Origin: an uncultured Gemmatimonadaceae bacterium | Lineage (GTDB): Bacteria > Gemmatimonadota > Gemmatimonadetes > Gemmatimonadales > Gemmatimonadaceae | Direction of reading: 5' to 3' | NCBI GenBank assembly: GCA_963817955.1 | Contig: CAWFQK010000004.1 | Coordinates: forward strand, 1,632,001 to 1,696,000 | Length of the DNA: 64,000 nucleotides | Shown here: piece after piece, positions 41,715-50,720 of the stretch | Layout of the letters: the number at the start of each line of letters is the position of its first letter | Numbering within the stretch: the stretch's first letter is position 1 | Translations under genes and position numbers: made by a program | The notes under the pieces: generated by a model | What the model was told of the DNA's origin: nothing | The model's database searches: none | What the model saw: only the letters and a program-made list of their open reading frames with translations

Positions 41715-44172
41715 TCAGCGCACCGTGCCGACGCACGTGGCGGCCGTGTTCAATCCCACCAGTTTCGACAGCACCAGCAGGGCGTCCACCGCGGTCACGT
41801 CACCGTCACAGTTCGCGTCCCCGTTCGGATAACGAATCGCGCCGGCCGGCAGCGGCAATCCGACGACCGCCGAGAGGATCGCCTGCGCATCGAGCGCCGA
41901 CAGCGTGCTCGAGTTGGTGATGTTGCCCCGCAGCGCCGCCGTGCTGGTGCCCAGTGAGAAGACGCCCCGTCCGTACGTCCCTGCGATCAGGCGCCCGCGC
42001 GCGCCGTCGTAGACGAGATCGGTGATCGGCACGTTGGGCAGCGATGCGGCGAGCGGGGTCCAGGAGGTCGTCCCGAGCGGCAGTGCGAACACACCGACAT
42101 CGGTCGCCACGTCGATCTCGCGACTGCCCCGTTGCATCACGATGCTGCTCACGGGTGCATTCGGGAGGTTGTACGAGATGTCGGTCCACGAGCCGCCGGT
42201 ATTGACGGTCTTGAACACGTGTCCGGAGCCGTATCCGCTCACCGTGAGCCACGCCGTCTTGGGGTCGAGGGGATCGACCACGATCCGTGTGATGGCGCGG
42301 TACGGCAGTCCGCTGGTGATCGTGGTCCACGTGACGCCGAGATTCGTGGTGATGGCCACCGTGCCGTCGCCTGCTCCCGTGTAGATGGTGTTCGTATCGG
42401 CCGGCGAGATGGCGACGGTGGCGATGCCGCCCCCGCCCGAGGTGAGGTCGGGGCTGATCGCCGTCCAGGCGTCGCCGCGATTCGCGGAGCGGTACAGCCG
42501 GTACGTACCGTAATACAGCACGTTAGTGTTCAGCGGATCCATCAGGGTCGGCAGGATCCATTCGGACCGGTCGCCCGTGTTGATGCCACTATTCTTGAAT
42601 GACCAATAGCTGCTCCCCGGATCGCGCCGACCGACGCCGTGCGCGGCCGAACCCGAGGCGAACGTGAGGTACGCCGTGGTGCCAGCGCGGTCGTACAATG
42701 AGTATCCGCCATCGCCGCCCTGCACGGACGTCCATGCGGCCGCACCCGTCCACTCGGCCGTGCCGTTGTCCTGCGCGCCGCCGAGAATGCTCGACGGGTT
42801 CACCGGGTTCACTCCGATGCCGGCGTAGAACTGCGTGATGTTGAGATTGGTGTTGAGGTGCGTCCAGGTGACGCCGCCATCGACGGAGCGGTAGACGCCG
42901 CCGTCGTTGCCCGAATAGATGGTGGTCGGCGTTTGCGGATCGAAGGCGATCGCGTGGTGATCGACGTGGACAGTGCTCCCGCCCACGTCGGTGAACGTCG
43001 CGCCGGAGTTCGTGGACTTGTAGAACGAGAAACCGCCGAAGTAGATCGTCGTAGGTGTCGTGGGGTCCACGGCAAGGTACATGTCGTACCAGCATTGCGA
43101 GTTGCAACTCGCACCGGTCGCGGCGACGCTGTTCCACGTGGTGCCATTGTCCGGGCTCGTCCACACCCCGAGCAGTTTAGCGGTGTTGACGTTCTCAACG
43201 GTGGCGTACAGCACGACGGGCGCCACCGCCGTCACGGCGAGGCTGATGCGCCCGACGTTGCTGGTGGGGAATCCGGCGAGGTGGCTCCACGTGAGGCCGT
43301 TGTCAACGGACTTGAAACCCCGTTGCCAGCGCTGTTCGAGAGTAGATGCTTCCAACCGCCGCGTACAGCTCCCCCGCGTTCGGCGTGGCGATGAGGTCGG
43401 TGATGGTGCCACTGAGCACCCGCGTCCACGTCGTGCCGCTGTCGGGCGACCGGTACACGCCCGTCGCGCTGGCCGCGAAGACGATCGTTGTGCTCGTCGA
43501 GCCGGCCGTCGCCCGGTCGACCAGCATCTTGCTGATGGTGGCCGAGTAACTGCTGGCCACGAAGATGCTGCCGCCGCGCTGGCTCCAGGTCGTGCCACCA
43601 TCCGTGGACACTAGGATGCCACACCCCTGGTAGCCCCCGAGGTTGAAGTTCTCCTCACCGGTGCCGGCGTACACGATCTGCGGATTCACGGGATCGAGCG
43701 CCACGCTTCCCATGGCCAACCCGCATTCATTGTCCGTGAGCGGCGTCCACGACGTGCCGCCGTTCGTCGTCTTCCACACGCCGCCCGACGCCGCACCGAT
43801 GTAAATGATCTGGGAGTTCGTCGGGTGAACCGCGATGCTGTTGATCCGGCCGGCGTAGTTCTGGCTCGCACTCACCGTGATCGGCGCCGGTCCAAGCGCG
43901 CTCCACGATTGCGACGACACGAACAACGAGAGCGATGCTGCGCTGCGCCCGCTGCGCGTCTGCGGCCACTGCACCTGCATTTGTGTCAGGGCTGCCTGAA
44001 GCGCGCCGTCGGGCACGCGATCGAGCGGGAAGGCGCGTTGCCCGTAGAAGGCATCGTAGCGCGCGCGCTGGTTGTCCTGCTGTGCGCCCACGCGTGCGGG
44101 GATCGGGGCGAGCGCCAGCGCGCTGGCGAGCGTGCCGAGCCACATGCGGCGCACACCGTGAGCTGCGGTCAT
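41715..44172 (-). CDS. Secreted BNR/Asp-box beta-propeller protein (GH74/VPS10-like) with C-terminal dockerin; frameshifted at about 43314-43342
   Basis: Many S/T-x-D/N-x-G-x-T/S-W repeats, 'GRINSIAVHP', 'HVDHHAI', 'GGAQDNG', 'GTYGRG'. Two 1-nt losses interrupt IYSSNSAGNGVFKS. Dockerin repeats GNITNSSTLSALDAQAIL and GDANCDGDVTAVDALLVL. Confidence 0.85.
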
Positions 44173-45056
44173 CGTGGCGACTCCAGAGTTAGCGCGATGC
44201 AATTGCTCGTGCCCGCGATAGTGCGGACGCAGATGTCGAATTTGCCGGCGCCGATGCGTTGTGGCGGCACTTCTCCCTTGGCGGGGAATGCGTCAGGCAA
44301 CAGGAAGCGCAACGTCTTGCCGTCGTCCGACCGCAGCTCGGCCATCGCCACGCCGCCGAACAACACCACGTTGCCCTCCGGTCGGAAGCCCGAGCCGTGG
44401 ATGATGACCGGCACGAGACCGCCCGGAACGATCGTGGCGCGCGCCGGGTCCAGCCGGTCGACGCGGGGCACCCCCGGCGCATCGGGGGCGGCCGGAGTCA
44501 CTGGCCGGTGCACCGTATCGCGCCGTTCACCGATCCCCACGACGTCGGTGTGTTCAACGAGCGTGGCACCGCTCGTCGAGTTCAACTCCAGGAGTCGCAG
44601 CGTCATCGTCCCCGGCGCGGCGCTCGCCGCCCTGCCGTGGACGGGCGCGAAGTCGAGCTGCAGCAACGACCCCGATGTGAATCCACCCGACGCGGCGCCC
44701 GCGATGTCGGCGCGACCGGCGCGGGTGAGGTTCGCGACTTCAGCTCCCATGGGCGCGGGAACGAAGTGCACGGCGAGAACGAACGTCGAGTCGTATTCGA
44801 TGGCGACGTGAAAGCTGCCGAGACGAACCCCGGGAGCGGGGTGCAGGCAGAGGCGCACCGTGCGCACCGTATCACGCACCGCTGCGGGCGCGAGATCCAG
44901 CGAGAGGCGTGACGCCGTGGACGCGGGATGAGCGGCCGCACAAGCGGGAGTGCCCTGCGCCATCGCGCCAGAGGCCGCCATGGCGGCGAGCATCACGCCG
45001 GCCCACCATGGACACACCTGCCGGACCGACGACGCCCGCTCGGCATCGGACGTCAC
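44169..45056 (-). CDS. Secreted cohesin-like + IPT/TIG domain protein
   Basis: Signal ending AMA|Q; 'LGSFHVAIEYDSTFV..ANLTRAGRADIAGA..LLQLDF'; 'PRVDRLDP..VIIHGSGF..VVLFGG'. Confidence 0.72.
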   Translation of the reverse strand: MTSDAERASSVRQVCPWWAGVMLAAMAASGAMAQGTPACAAAHPASTASRLSLDLAPAAVRDTVRTVRLCLHPAPGVRLGSFHVAIEYDSTFVLAVHFVPAPMGAEVANLTRAGRADIAGAASGGFTSGSLLQLDFAPVHGRAASAAPGTMTLRLLELNSTSGATLVEHTDVVGIGERRDTVHRPVTPAAPDAPGVPRVDRLDPARATIVPGGLVPVIIHGSGFRPEGNVVLFGGVAMAELRSDDGKTLRFLLPDAFPAKGEVPPQRIGAGKFDICVRTIAGTSNCIALTLESPR

Positions 45057-45568
45057 CGCAAGCTACGGTCGAGGCGCAAGGCGGCGAGCGGCCGGAGCTT
45101 CGCGATGCGGCTCGTAAACCGGACCGTATTCAGCTCGCCGATCGTCAGCGCGAGTGTCGGCTTGGTGATCGCGACGCGCGCACGAAAGTGCAGAACGAAC
45201 AGCCGGCTGTCGGGAATTCCAGTCGCACTGGCGCCGGCAATCACCACCACGCTGTCGAGCGCATTCACCGCTCGCATGACGCCAGGCACGGCATCGTCCG
45301 ACACGAACTCGAGTTGGGCCGCGTCGTATCGCAGCCGCGCGACGAAGCTCGCTACCTGCTCGCCGCCGCCGGCCGCGTCGACATTGCCGCTCACGACCAG
45401 GCTGGCACCCGCCGGCAGCGCGCTGTCCGACACGACCACGTAACTCAGTCGCTCCGGTGTCGCGATCGCCGCGGACGCCTTCGGAGCGGTCGGTACGATG
45501 TCATCCCTGCACGCCGCACAGACCAGCGTCACGAGGAGCACTCGCCCGATCGTCGACATATGTGTCAT
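45053..45568 (-). CDS. Lipoprotein with a single cohesin-like domain
   Basis: GGAGGGAGG RBS, lipobox 'VCAAC', 'VASFVARLRYDAAQLEFVS..VNALDSVVVIAGA..LFVLHFRAR'. Confidence 0.75.
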   Translation of the reverse strand: MTHMSTIGRVLLVTLVCAACRDDIVPTAPKASAAIATPERLSYVVVSDSALPAGASLVVSGNVDAAGGGEQVASFVARLRYDAAQLEFVSDDAVPGVMRAVNALDSVVVIAGASATGIPDSRLFVLHFRARVAITKPTLALTIGELNTVRFTSRIAKLRPLAALRLDRSLR

Positions 45569-45591
45569 GCCCTCCCTCCGTTCGCGTCTCA

Positions 45592-48438
45592 TCATCGGAT
45601 CACCACGGGATGCGAGATGGCCAGTGTCGTACCCAACACGCTGGTGAACGTCGTCGCCGCCGTGAGCTCCGTGGCGAGCAGCGTCAGGAAACCGGCTCGT
45701 CCCGTCGTCGAGGCGGCACGGAAGGTAATCCGGCGCAACTGGACGGTGCCCGCGAAGCCCGACGACGATGCGGCGGTGATCAAGAGCGAGCCGTTCGCCG
45801 CGTTCGCCGTACCGACCGTCGCACCGACGCTGCTCGTACCCTCGGCATCGCTCACGTAGATGAGCTGCAGAGGATCCCACGTCACCTCGACCGTTGCCGC
45901 GCCGAGACGCGTGGCGCTGCGCATGTCGGCGATCACCGTGAGCGTGAACGTCGTGTCGTGCTTGATGTCGAATCGCGACAGGTCGGTGCGCAGGACCGGA
46001 CCTCCGGCGGTCGCGATCGCGAAGAGGACCGAGTCCTTGGCCGCGACGTTGGCGGTAGATGTGGCGACGAGCATCGTCTGCCCGCGCGCGATCGGCGTCA
46101 CGACGCCCGCACTGCTCACCGATGCCGCGGAGGCCTCCCGGCTCACGTACGTGAGCGCCGGCGACGACATCGACCGGCCGTATTGGTTCACGGCCGTGAA
46201 GAGTCCGGCTGTCGCATAGGCGGTGTCGCTCACCACCACGTCGCCGAGGGTCCACGTCACGGACGTGGGCGTGCCGACCGCATTCGTGACGTTCGCGCTG
46301 CCCGTGATGCTGTTGGCGTCGAGCGCCGTCACCGCGTACGTCACGCCGATACTCGTTCCCGTGGCGTACGAAGTGCTCGCGACACCCGACGCCGACGTCT
46401 GCGACGTCGCGGGTGTGAACACGCCGCCGCCAGCGGCCGACCCTACGCTCCACGTGATGGTGCGACCGAGCAACGACACAAAGTTACCGTTGGCGTCGAC
46501 GAGCTGCGCGGTCACTGAGACGCTCGCTCCTGCCACCGGTGTGCTCGTCGTGGTCCCTACGACATACCGCGCGGGCGCTCCCGGGACTGTCGTGAGCGAG
46601 AGGCTTCCGCTCACCGACGCGTTGTCGGTCGCCGTAATCTGGTAGACCCCGATGGCGGTTCCCGTCGTCAACGACACCGTCGCGAGCCCGTTCGCGTCCG
46701 TCGTGGACTGCGCGGACGCGAACGTGCCACCCGATCCGGTCTTCGTCCATGTCACGACGCGCCCAGCGAGCCGCACCGCACCGCCAGACACGTTCGCCAG
46801 CTGTGCACTGATTGTCGCGGCCGTCCCCGCCACCGGCTGGACGGTGTTCGACGTGACGACGTACCGGGTCGCGGTGTTCGGGACGAACGTGATCGCCGTG
46901 CCAGGCAGCGCGACGCCGTTGAGCGTCGCGTTCACGGTCGCCGACGACGGTGCGTTCGGCGCGGTGAGCGTCGCCGTGTAGGTGCCATCGTGGTTGTCGG
47001 TCGTCGTCGACACTGTGCTAGTGGTCGCCGAGATCACGACGATCCCGCCGGATACATGCACGACATTGGTGTTGGCATCGCGCAGCTGCACGGTGATCAT
47101 CACCGTAGAGAGACCGTCGGCCGCGAGCACGGTAACACTCGGCTGCACGGTCGAGCGCGCGGCCGACGCCGGGCCGGCGACTGACGTGAACGTGGCGCTC
47201 GTCCCGGTGAGACCGCCGCCGTCGGTGGCGGTGACGGTGTACGGTGACACGAGTACGGCGGTGGTGTACGACACCGTCGCGACGCCCGTGGCTCCGGTCG
47301 TCGACGTTGGCGTCGCGAACGTGCCCGCCGCGCCCGTCGCGCTCCATGTGACGACAGTACCGGCAGTCGACACCGCGTTCCCGTTCGCGTCGGCCAGTTG
47401 GGCGGTGATGGTCACCGCTGCTCCCGCCACGGGCGACGTCGTGCTCGGCGTCACCGTGTACTTCGCGGCCGGCCCCGCCACCGACGTGATCGCGGCGCTC
47501 GTTCCCGTAAGCGTGCTTGCGTCCCGGGCCGTGACCGTGCCGCTGCCGACCGTCTTAGGCGTGGTGTATTGCACGGACACTTGACCGCTGGCATCGGTGG
47601 TCGACGTCGGCGTCGCGAACGAACCACCGGCGCCTGTCGTGCTCCACGTGACGACGCGGCCCGCAGTCGCAACGTTGTTGCCGTTTGCATCGACCACTTG
47701 CGCGGTGACGGTCACGGCGGCACCGGCGACCGGAGCGGTGCTGCTGAGCGACACCGTGTAGTTCGCCGGCGCGCCCGCCGTGACCGCGAACGGCGCCGAC
47801 GTGACCGTCGCCAGTCCCGTCGAGGAAAAGCTCAGTGTACGGCTGCCGGTGGTGCCGGCGATGCCGAGCGTCGTGAACGTCGCGACGCCGCCCGACGCGG
47901 AAACGGTGGTCGATCCGCTGAGCGTGCCACCTCCCGACGCGATGTCTGCGGTGACCGCGGTCGCGGCGCTGGTGAGATTACCACCAGCGTCACGAACTTC
48001 GATCGCCGGCTGCACACCGAACGACGCTCCGGCCGCGGCACCGGACGGTTGCGTGTTGATGAATAGGGTAGCCGGCGTGCCCTCGACGACCGTGATTGCG
48101 GCGCTGGCCGAGGAGACGCCCGACACCGACGCCGTGATGTTGGTCGAGCCGATCAATGCCGCGGTGACGAGACCGGATGTATTGACGGATGCGACCGTGG
48201 GTACCGAGGAGACCCACGTGAAGCTCTGTCCCGAAACGGGCGTGCCCGCCCCGTTGAACGCCGTCGCCGAGAGCTGCGACGTGGCGCCTCCCGCGAGCTG
48301 GACGGGACCCACCGGTGCGACCTCCACGCGCCGCACAGTGTTGTCGGGGGGAGTAGGTGCCAACGGCTCGCCGCTGCAACTCAGCACCACGGCACCGAAA
48401 ACCGCGACGGTGAGTGCACGGAGGTTCGCCGTCAGCAT
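45592..48438 (-). CDS. Large Ig-repeat (Big_1/Big_2, invasin-like) lipoprotein with C-terminal cohesin-like domain
   Basis: Lipobox 'VLSC'; repeated 'PVAGAAVTxTAQLxDANGN..VTW..STTDAxG'; C-terminal 'LGAATVEVTWDPLQLIYVS..ANGSLLITAA..RITFRA'. Confidence 0.82.
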   Translation of the reverse strand: MLTANLRALTVAVFGAVVLSCSGEPLAPTPPDNTVRRVEVAPVGPVQLAGGATSQLSATAFNGAGTPVSGQSFTWVSSVPTVASVNTSGLVTAALIGSTNITASVSGVSSASAAITVVEGTPATLFINTQPSGAAAGASFGVQPAIEVRDAGGNLTSAATAVTADIASGGGTLSGSTTVSASGGVATFTTLGIAGTTGSRTLSFSSTGLATVTSAPFAVTAGAPANYTVSLSSTAPVAGAAVTVTAQVVDANGNNVATAGRVVTWSTTGAGGSFATPTSTTDASGQVSVQYTTPKTVGSGTVTARDASTLTGTSAAITSVAGPAAKYTVTPSTTSPVAGAAVTITAQLADANGNAVSTAGTVVTWSATGAAGTFATPTSTTGATGVATVSYTTAVLVSPYTVTATDGGGLTGTSATFTSVAGPASAARSTVQPSVTVLAADGLSTVMITVQLRDANTNVVHVSGGIVVISATTSTVSTTTDNHDGTYTATLTAPNAPSSATVNATLNGVALPGTAITFVPNTATRYVVTSNTVQPVAGTAATISAQLANVSGGAVRLAGRVVTWTKTGSGGTFASAQSTTDANGLATVSLTTGTAIGVYQITATDNASVSGSLSLTTVPGAPARYVVGTTTSTPVAGASVSVTAQLVDANGNFVSLLGRTITWSVGSAAGGGVFTPATSQTSASGVASTSYATGTSIGVTYAVTALDANSITGSANVTNAVGTPTSVTWTLGDVVVSDTAYATAGLFTAVNQYGRSMSSPALTYVSREASAASVSSAGVVTPIARGQTMLVATSTANVAAKDSVLFAIATAGGPVLRTDLSRFDIKHDTTFTLTVIADMRSATRLGAATVEVTWDPLQLIYVSDAEGTSSVGATVGTANAANGSLLITAASSSGFAGTVQLRRITFRAASTTGRAGFLTLLATELTAATTFTSVLGTTLAISHPVVIR

Positions 48439-48781
48439 CCGACGACGTCCTTCGCCCGTCAACGGCCAACCGCCGTCATAGGCCGGGAGATCTCACGAAC
48501 AACGGCGAGCCCGGCTCGACCGAATGACGGCATTCGACAATTGTGCACTGCGGGGACTCCAAGAGAGGGAGGTACTGCGCGCCCCCGGACTGCTCGAGTT
48601 TGCGGTTGTCTTGGCGAGCGGTGACGAGCCTCATCATGCAATCACCCAGAACACGCCAACAGCCCCCGAGTGCCAGACCATTTAGCACAGAATTAGCATA
48701 AACAGTACGCCCAGCCTGAGGTCCCGTCAATAACGAATTTTCCTCGATTCGGCCTTGCGACTGTGCGAGACGCCTTGCGTA

Positions 48782-48881
48782 GACGCTCGATGCTCGGCGC
48801 GCGGGGACCCAGCTCGCGGCAAGGGTGGCGAGGCCCAGCAGCGGTCCAATCGCGCAGTAGGTGACCGGGTCCGTTGGAGAG
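48782..48881 (-). repeat. 100-bp copy of the 3' end of the ADOP gene (35591-35690)
   Basis: 89/100 identical by manual alignment, same orientation; encodes SPTDPVTYCAIxxLLGLATLAASWVPARRASSV. Confidence 0.9.
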
Positions 48882-48990
48882 CGTAGCACTACCGAGGGGT
48901 GGAGCCAGAGAACTCCAACTATGAAAGTTTGGTGTCCAGTGCCTGCGTGACATCACGTTGATGGCGGCCTCGGGAGTCGTGACGCTGGCC

Positions 48991-49665
48991 CTACCATACG
49001 AACGGCACCAGCCGATAACGAACCTTCCGCCGGTATTCCTTGTACCCGGCCAGCTCTGCCGACAAGAATCTCTCTTCGTCGAAGATGCGGGCGATCAGGA
49101 CGAACAGCAGGCCGAATGATACTGGGAGCGCCGCCCAGGACCCCAGGGCTGGTGGTGTGGAGAGAATCAATAGACCGCCTCCCGCGTACATGGGGTGACG
49201 AATGATGGCATACGGCCCATGCTCGATCACCCTCTGGTCGCGTGCCACCTCGATGGTACCACTCGTAAACCGATTGGCACGGAAGACTGCAAAGACGATA
49301 ACGAAACCGAGCACCACGAGCGCGTTGCAGAAGATCACGACAACGCTGGGGACATGCGTCCACCCGAATCGGACGTCGAGTCCCGACACGACGAATATGC
49401 CGATGAACAGAATACTGGCGGCGGATTGGATGACCTGTTGGCTCCGGCGAATCTCCGCCATTGGCCCGGCATACACACGGCGCGCCAGCAATTCTCGATC
49501 ATTCCGGATCAGCCAGCCCGTGATGACCACCGTGCACGAGCCGAAGACTCCGAGATACACCCACGCCTGCCAGTAGCCAACAGACCCTGCGGACACGAAG
49601 AGCGCGACAGCAAGGACAAGGATGAGAAACAACAGACCCAAGAATGCTCGTGTGATCAATCCCAT
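48991..49665 (-). CDS. Isoprenylcysteine carboxyl methyltransferase (ICMT/PEMT) family membrane protein
   Basis: 'QRVIEHGPYAIIRHPMYAG', 'RIFDEERFL..GYKEYRRKVRYRLVPFVW'. Confidence 0.92.
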   Translation of the reverse strand: MGLITRAFLGLLFLILVLAVALFVSAGSVGYWQAWVYLGVFGSCTVVITGWLIRNDRELLARRVYAGPMAEIRRSQQVIQSAASILFIGIFVVSGLDVRFGWTHVPSVVVIFCNALVVLGFVIVFAVFRANRFTSGTIEVARDQRVIEHGPYAIIRHPMYAGGGLLILSTPPALGSWAALPVSFGLLFVLIARIFDEERFLSAELAGYKEYRRKVRYRLVPFVW

Positions 49666-49704
49666 TCTGATGCTCCTCTTCGCGGACCTTGTGGGGGCCA
49701 GGCC

Positions 49705-50100
49705 TTACCGCCGTTTGGGCTGTTTGCGAGAACGAGCGACGTCTGGCTCGCGTGACCGCAGGGCCGCCTTCGCGATAGGTTTCGCCCACTCCGGGATGGA
49801 GTCGAGCGGCGCAACGTGCTCGACGTTGCCGCGCGTGGTGCGGAGCAGCAAGGTAGGCAGGGGCCGCAGCCCCGCGAGTGGAGGCGCCTCGCGCGTGTTG
49901 TCGAATACTTCGAGCGACGTGAGCAGCGGCAGGAGTTCGACGAGGTGCTGGCGGCTGCGGTCGTAACGCTCGCGGATCTTTGTCTCGGGGATATCATATC
50001 CGCCGGCGGCCTCCACGGCCTGTGCCAGCACGCTGCTCTTGCCGGCGCCGTTCACGCCGGCGATGACATACAACCGCGCGCGTCGGTGAGAAGGTGTCAT
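49705..50100 (-). pseudogene. Zeta-toxin-like P-loop ATPase with in-frame internal deletion
   Basis: 'IAGVNGAGKSS' is joined after only about 11 residues to 'GGYDIPETKIRERY..VFDNT'; the central core expected in this family is missing. Confidence 0.72.
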
Positions 50101-50137
50101 CGCTCGCACGCCGAACGGTCGCGTGCTGCGGCGCCCC

Positions 50138-50563
50138 TCATCCGCCGCGCGAACGCGATCGCCTTGCCGCAACGAGCGCCGCGCGCCCCATGTCCTCGGG
50201 GGAAGTCGCGAAGCCGCGCGCGATGCCAGCCGTGGTCTCAGGGCGCTGCATCTCGCGCAACAGCGCGTCGAACTCAGCGCTGAGCGTGTCGAGCACGCGC
50301 GTGTCCCCTCGCGCCAGGGCCCGATAGCGGTCGACCGAGATCAACACGGCGCGTGGCACGTTGTGGCGGGTAATGACCACGACGTCATCTCCGGCCGCGC
50401 GGTCGAGCACTCGACCGAACTCGTTTTGCGCGTCGGTCGCTGAAATCTCGACTTCGGCGGCATCGGCGACCGGCCGATGGTTCACCGTAGCCGGCTCGGC
50501 CGCTTCGATTCGCGCGACAACTCGCTTTGCCCTCTTCATCGGCACCCGGATCCGTTTAGCCAT
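50138..50563 (-). CDS. Phd/YefM-family antitoxin
   Basis: 'ISATDAQNEFGRVLDRA..VVITRHNVPRAVLIS'; inverted repeat TTTAGC-N7-GCTAAA (50555-50573) over the start codon. Confidence 0.88.
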   Translation of the reverse strand: MAKRIRVPMKRAKRVVARIEAAEPATVNHRPVADAAEVEISATDAQNEFGRVLDRAAGDDVVVITRHNVPRAVLISVDRYRALARGDTRVLDTLSAEFDALLREMQRPETTAGIARGFATSPEDMGRAALVAARRSRSRGG

Positions 50564-50720
50564 TATCGCTAAAACTACGGACGGCGCCGAACTCCTCGCA
50601 CGCTGCCATCGTGACGTGCTCCTTCGACCAGAGGAGACGATGGCATTGGTCTCGAACGAAGCCGTGTTCGACGCCTACGCCGTCACGCGGCTCTGGTAGA
50701 CTGGGCGATCACTGTGTGTG

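Noticed and set aside
43232..43624. Programmed ribosomal frameshift in the propeller gene
   Set aside because: Two separate shifts are needed. Only one site (GGGGTTTC on the minus strand) is even weakly slippery, so error or mutation is simpler.
41715..44172. Calling the dockerin protein a cellulase or xyloglucanase
   Set aside because: Asp-box propellers cover many activities, and I could not assign catalytic residues from the sequence.
45569..46453. N-terminal 290 aa of the track ORF 45053..46453
   Set aside because: Arg-rich alternate frame overlapping the Ig-repeat gene. The real start is 45568, supported by the RBS and lipoprotein signal.
48655..48680. Sigma54 promoter upstream of the cohesin operon (TGGCAC on the minus strand)
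   Set aside because: GG-to-GC spacing is 9 rather than 10, and the TTGC element is absent.
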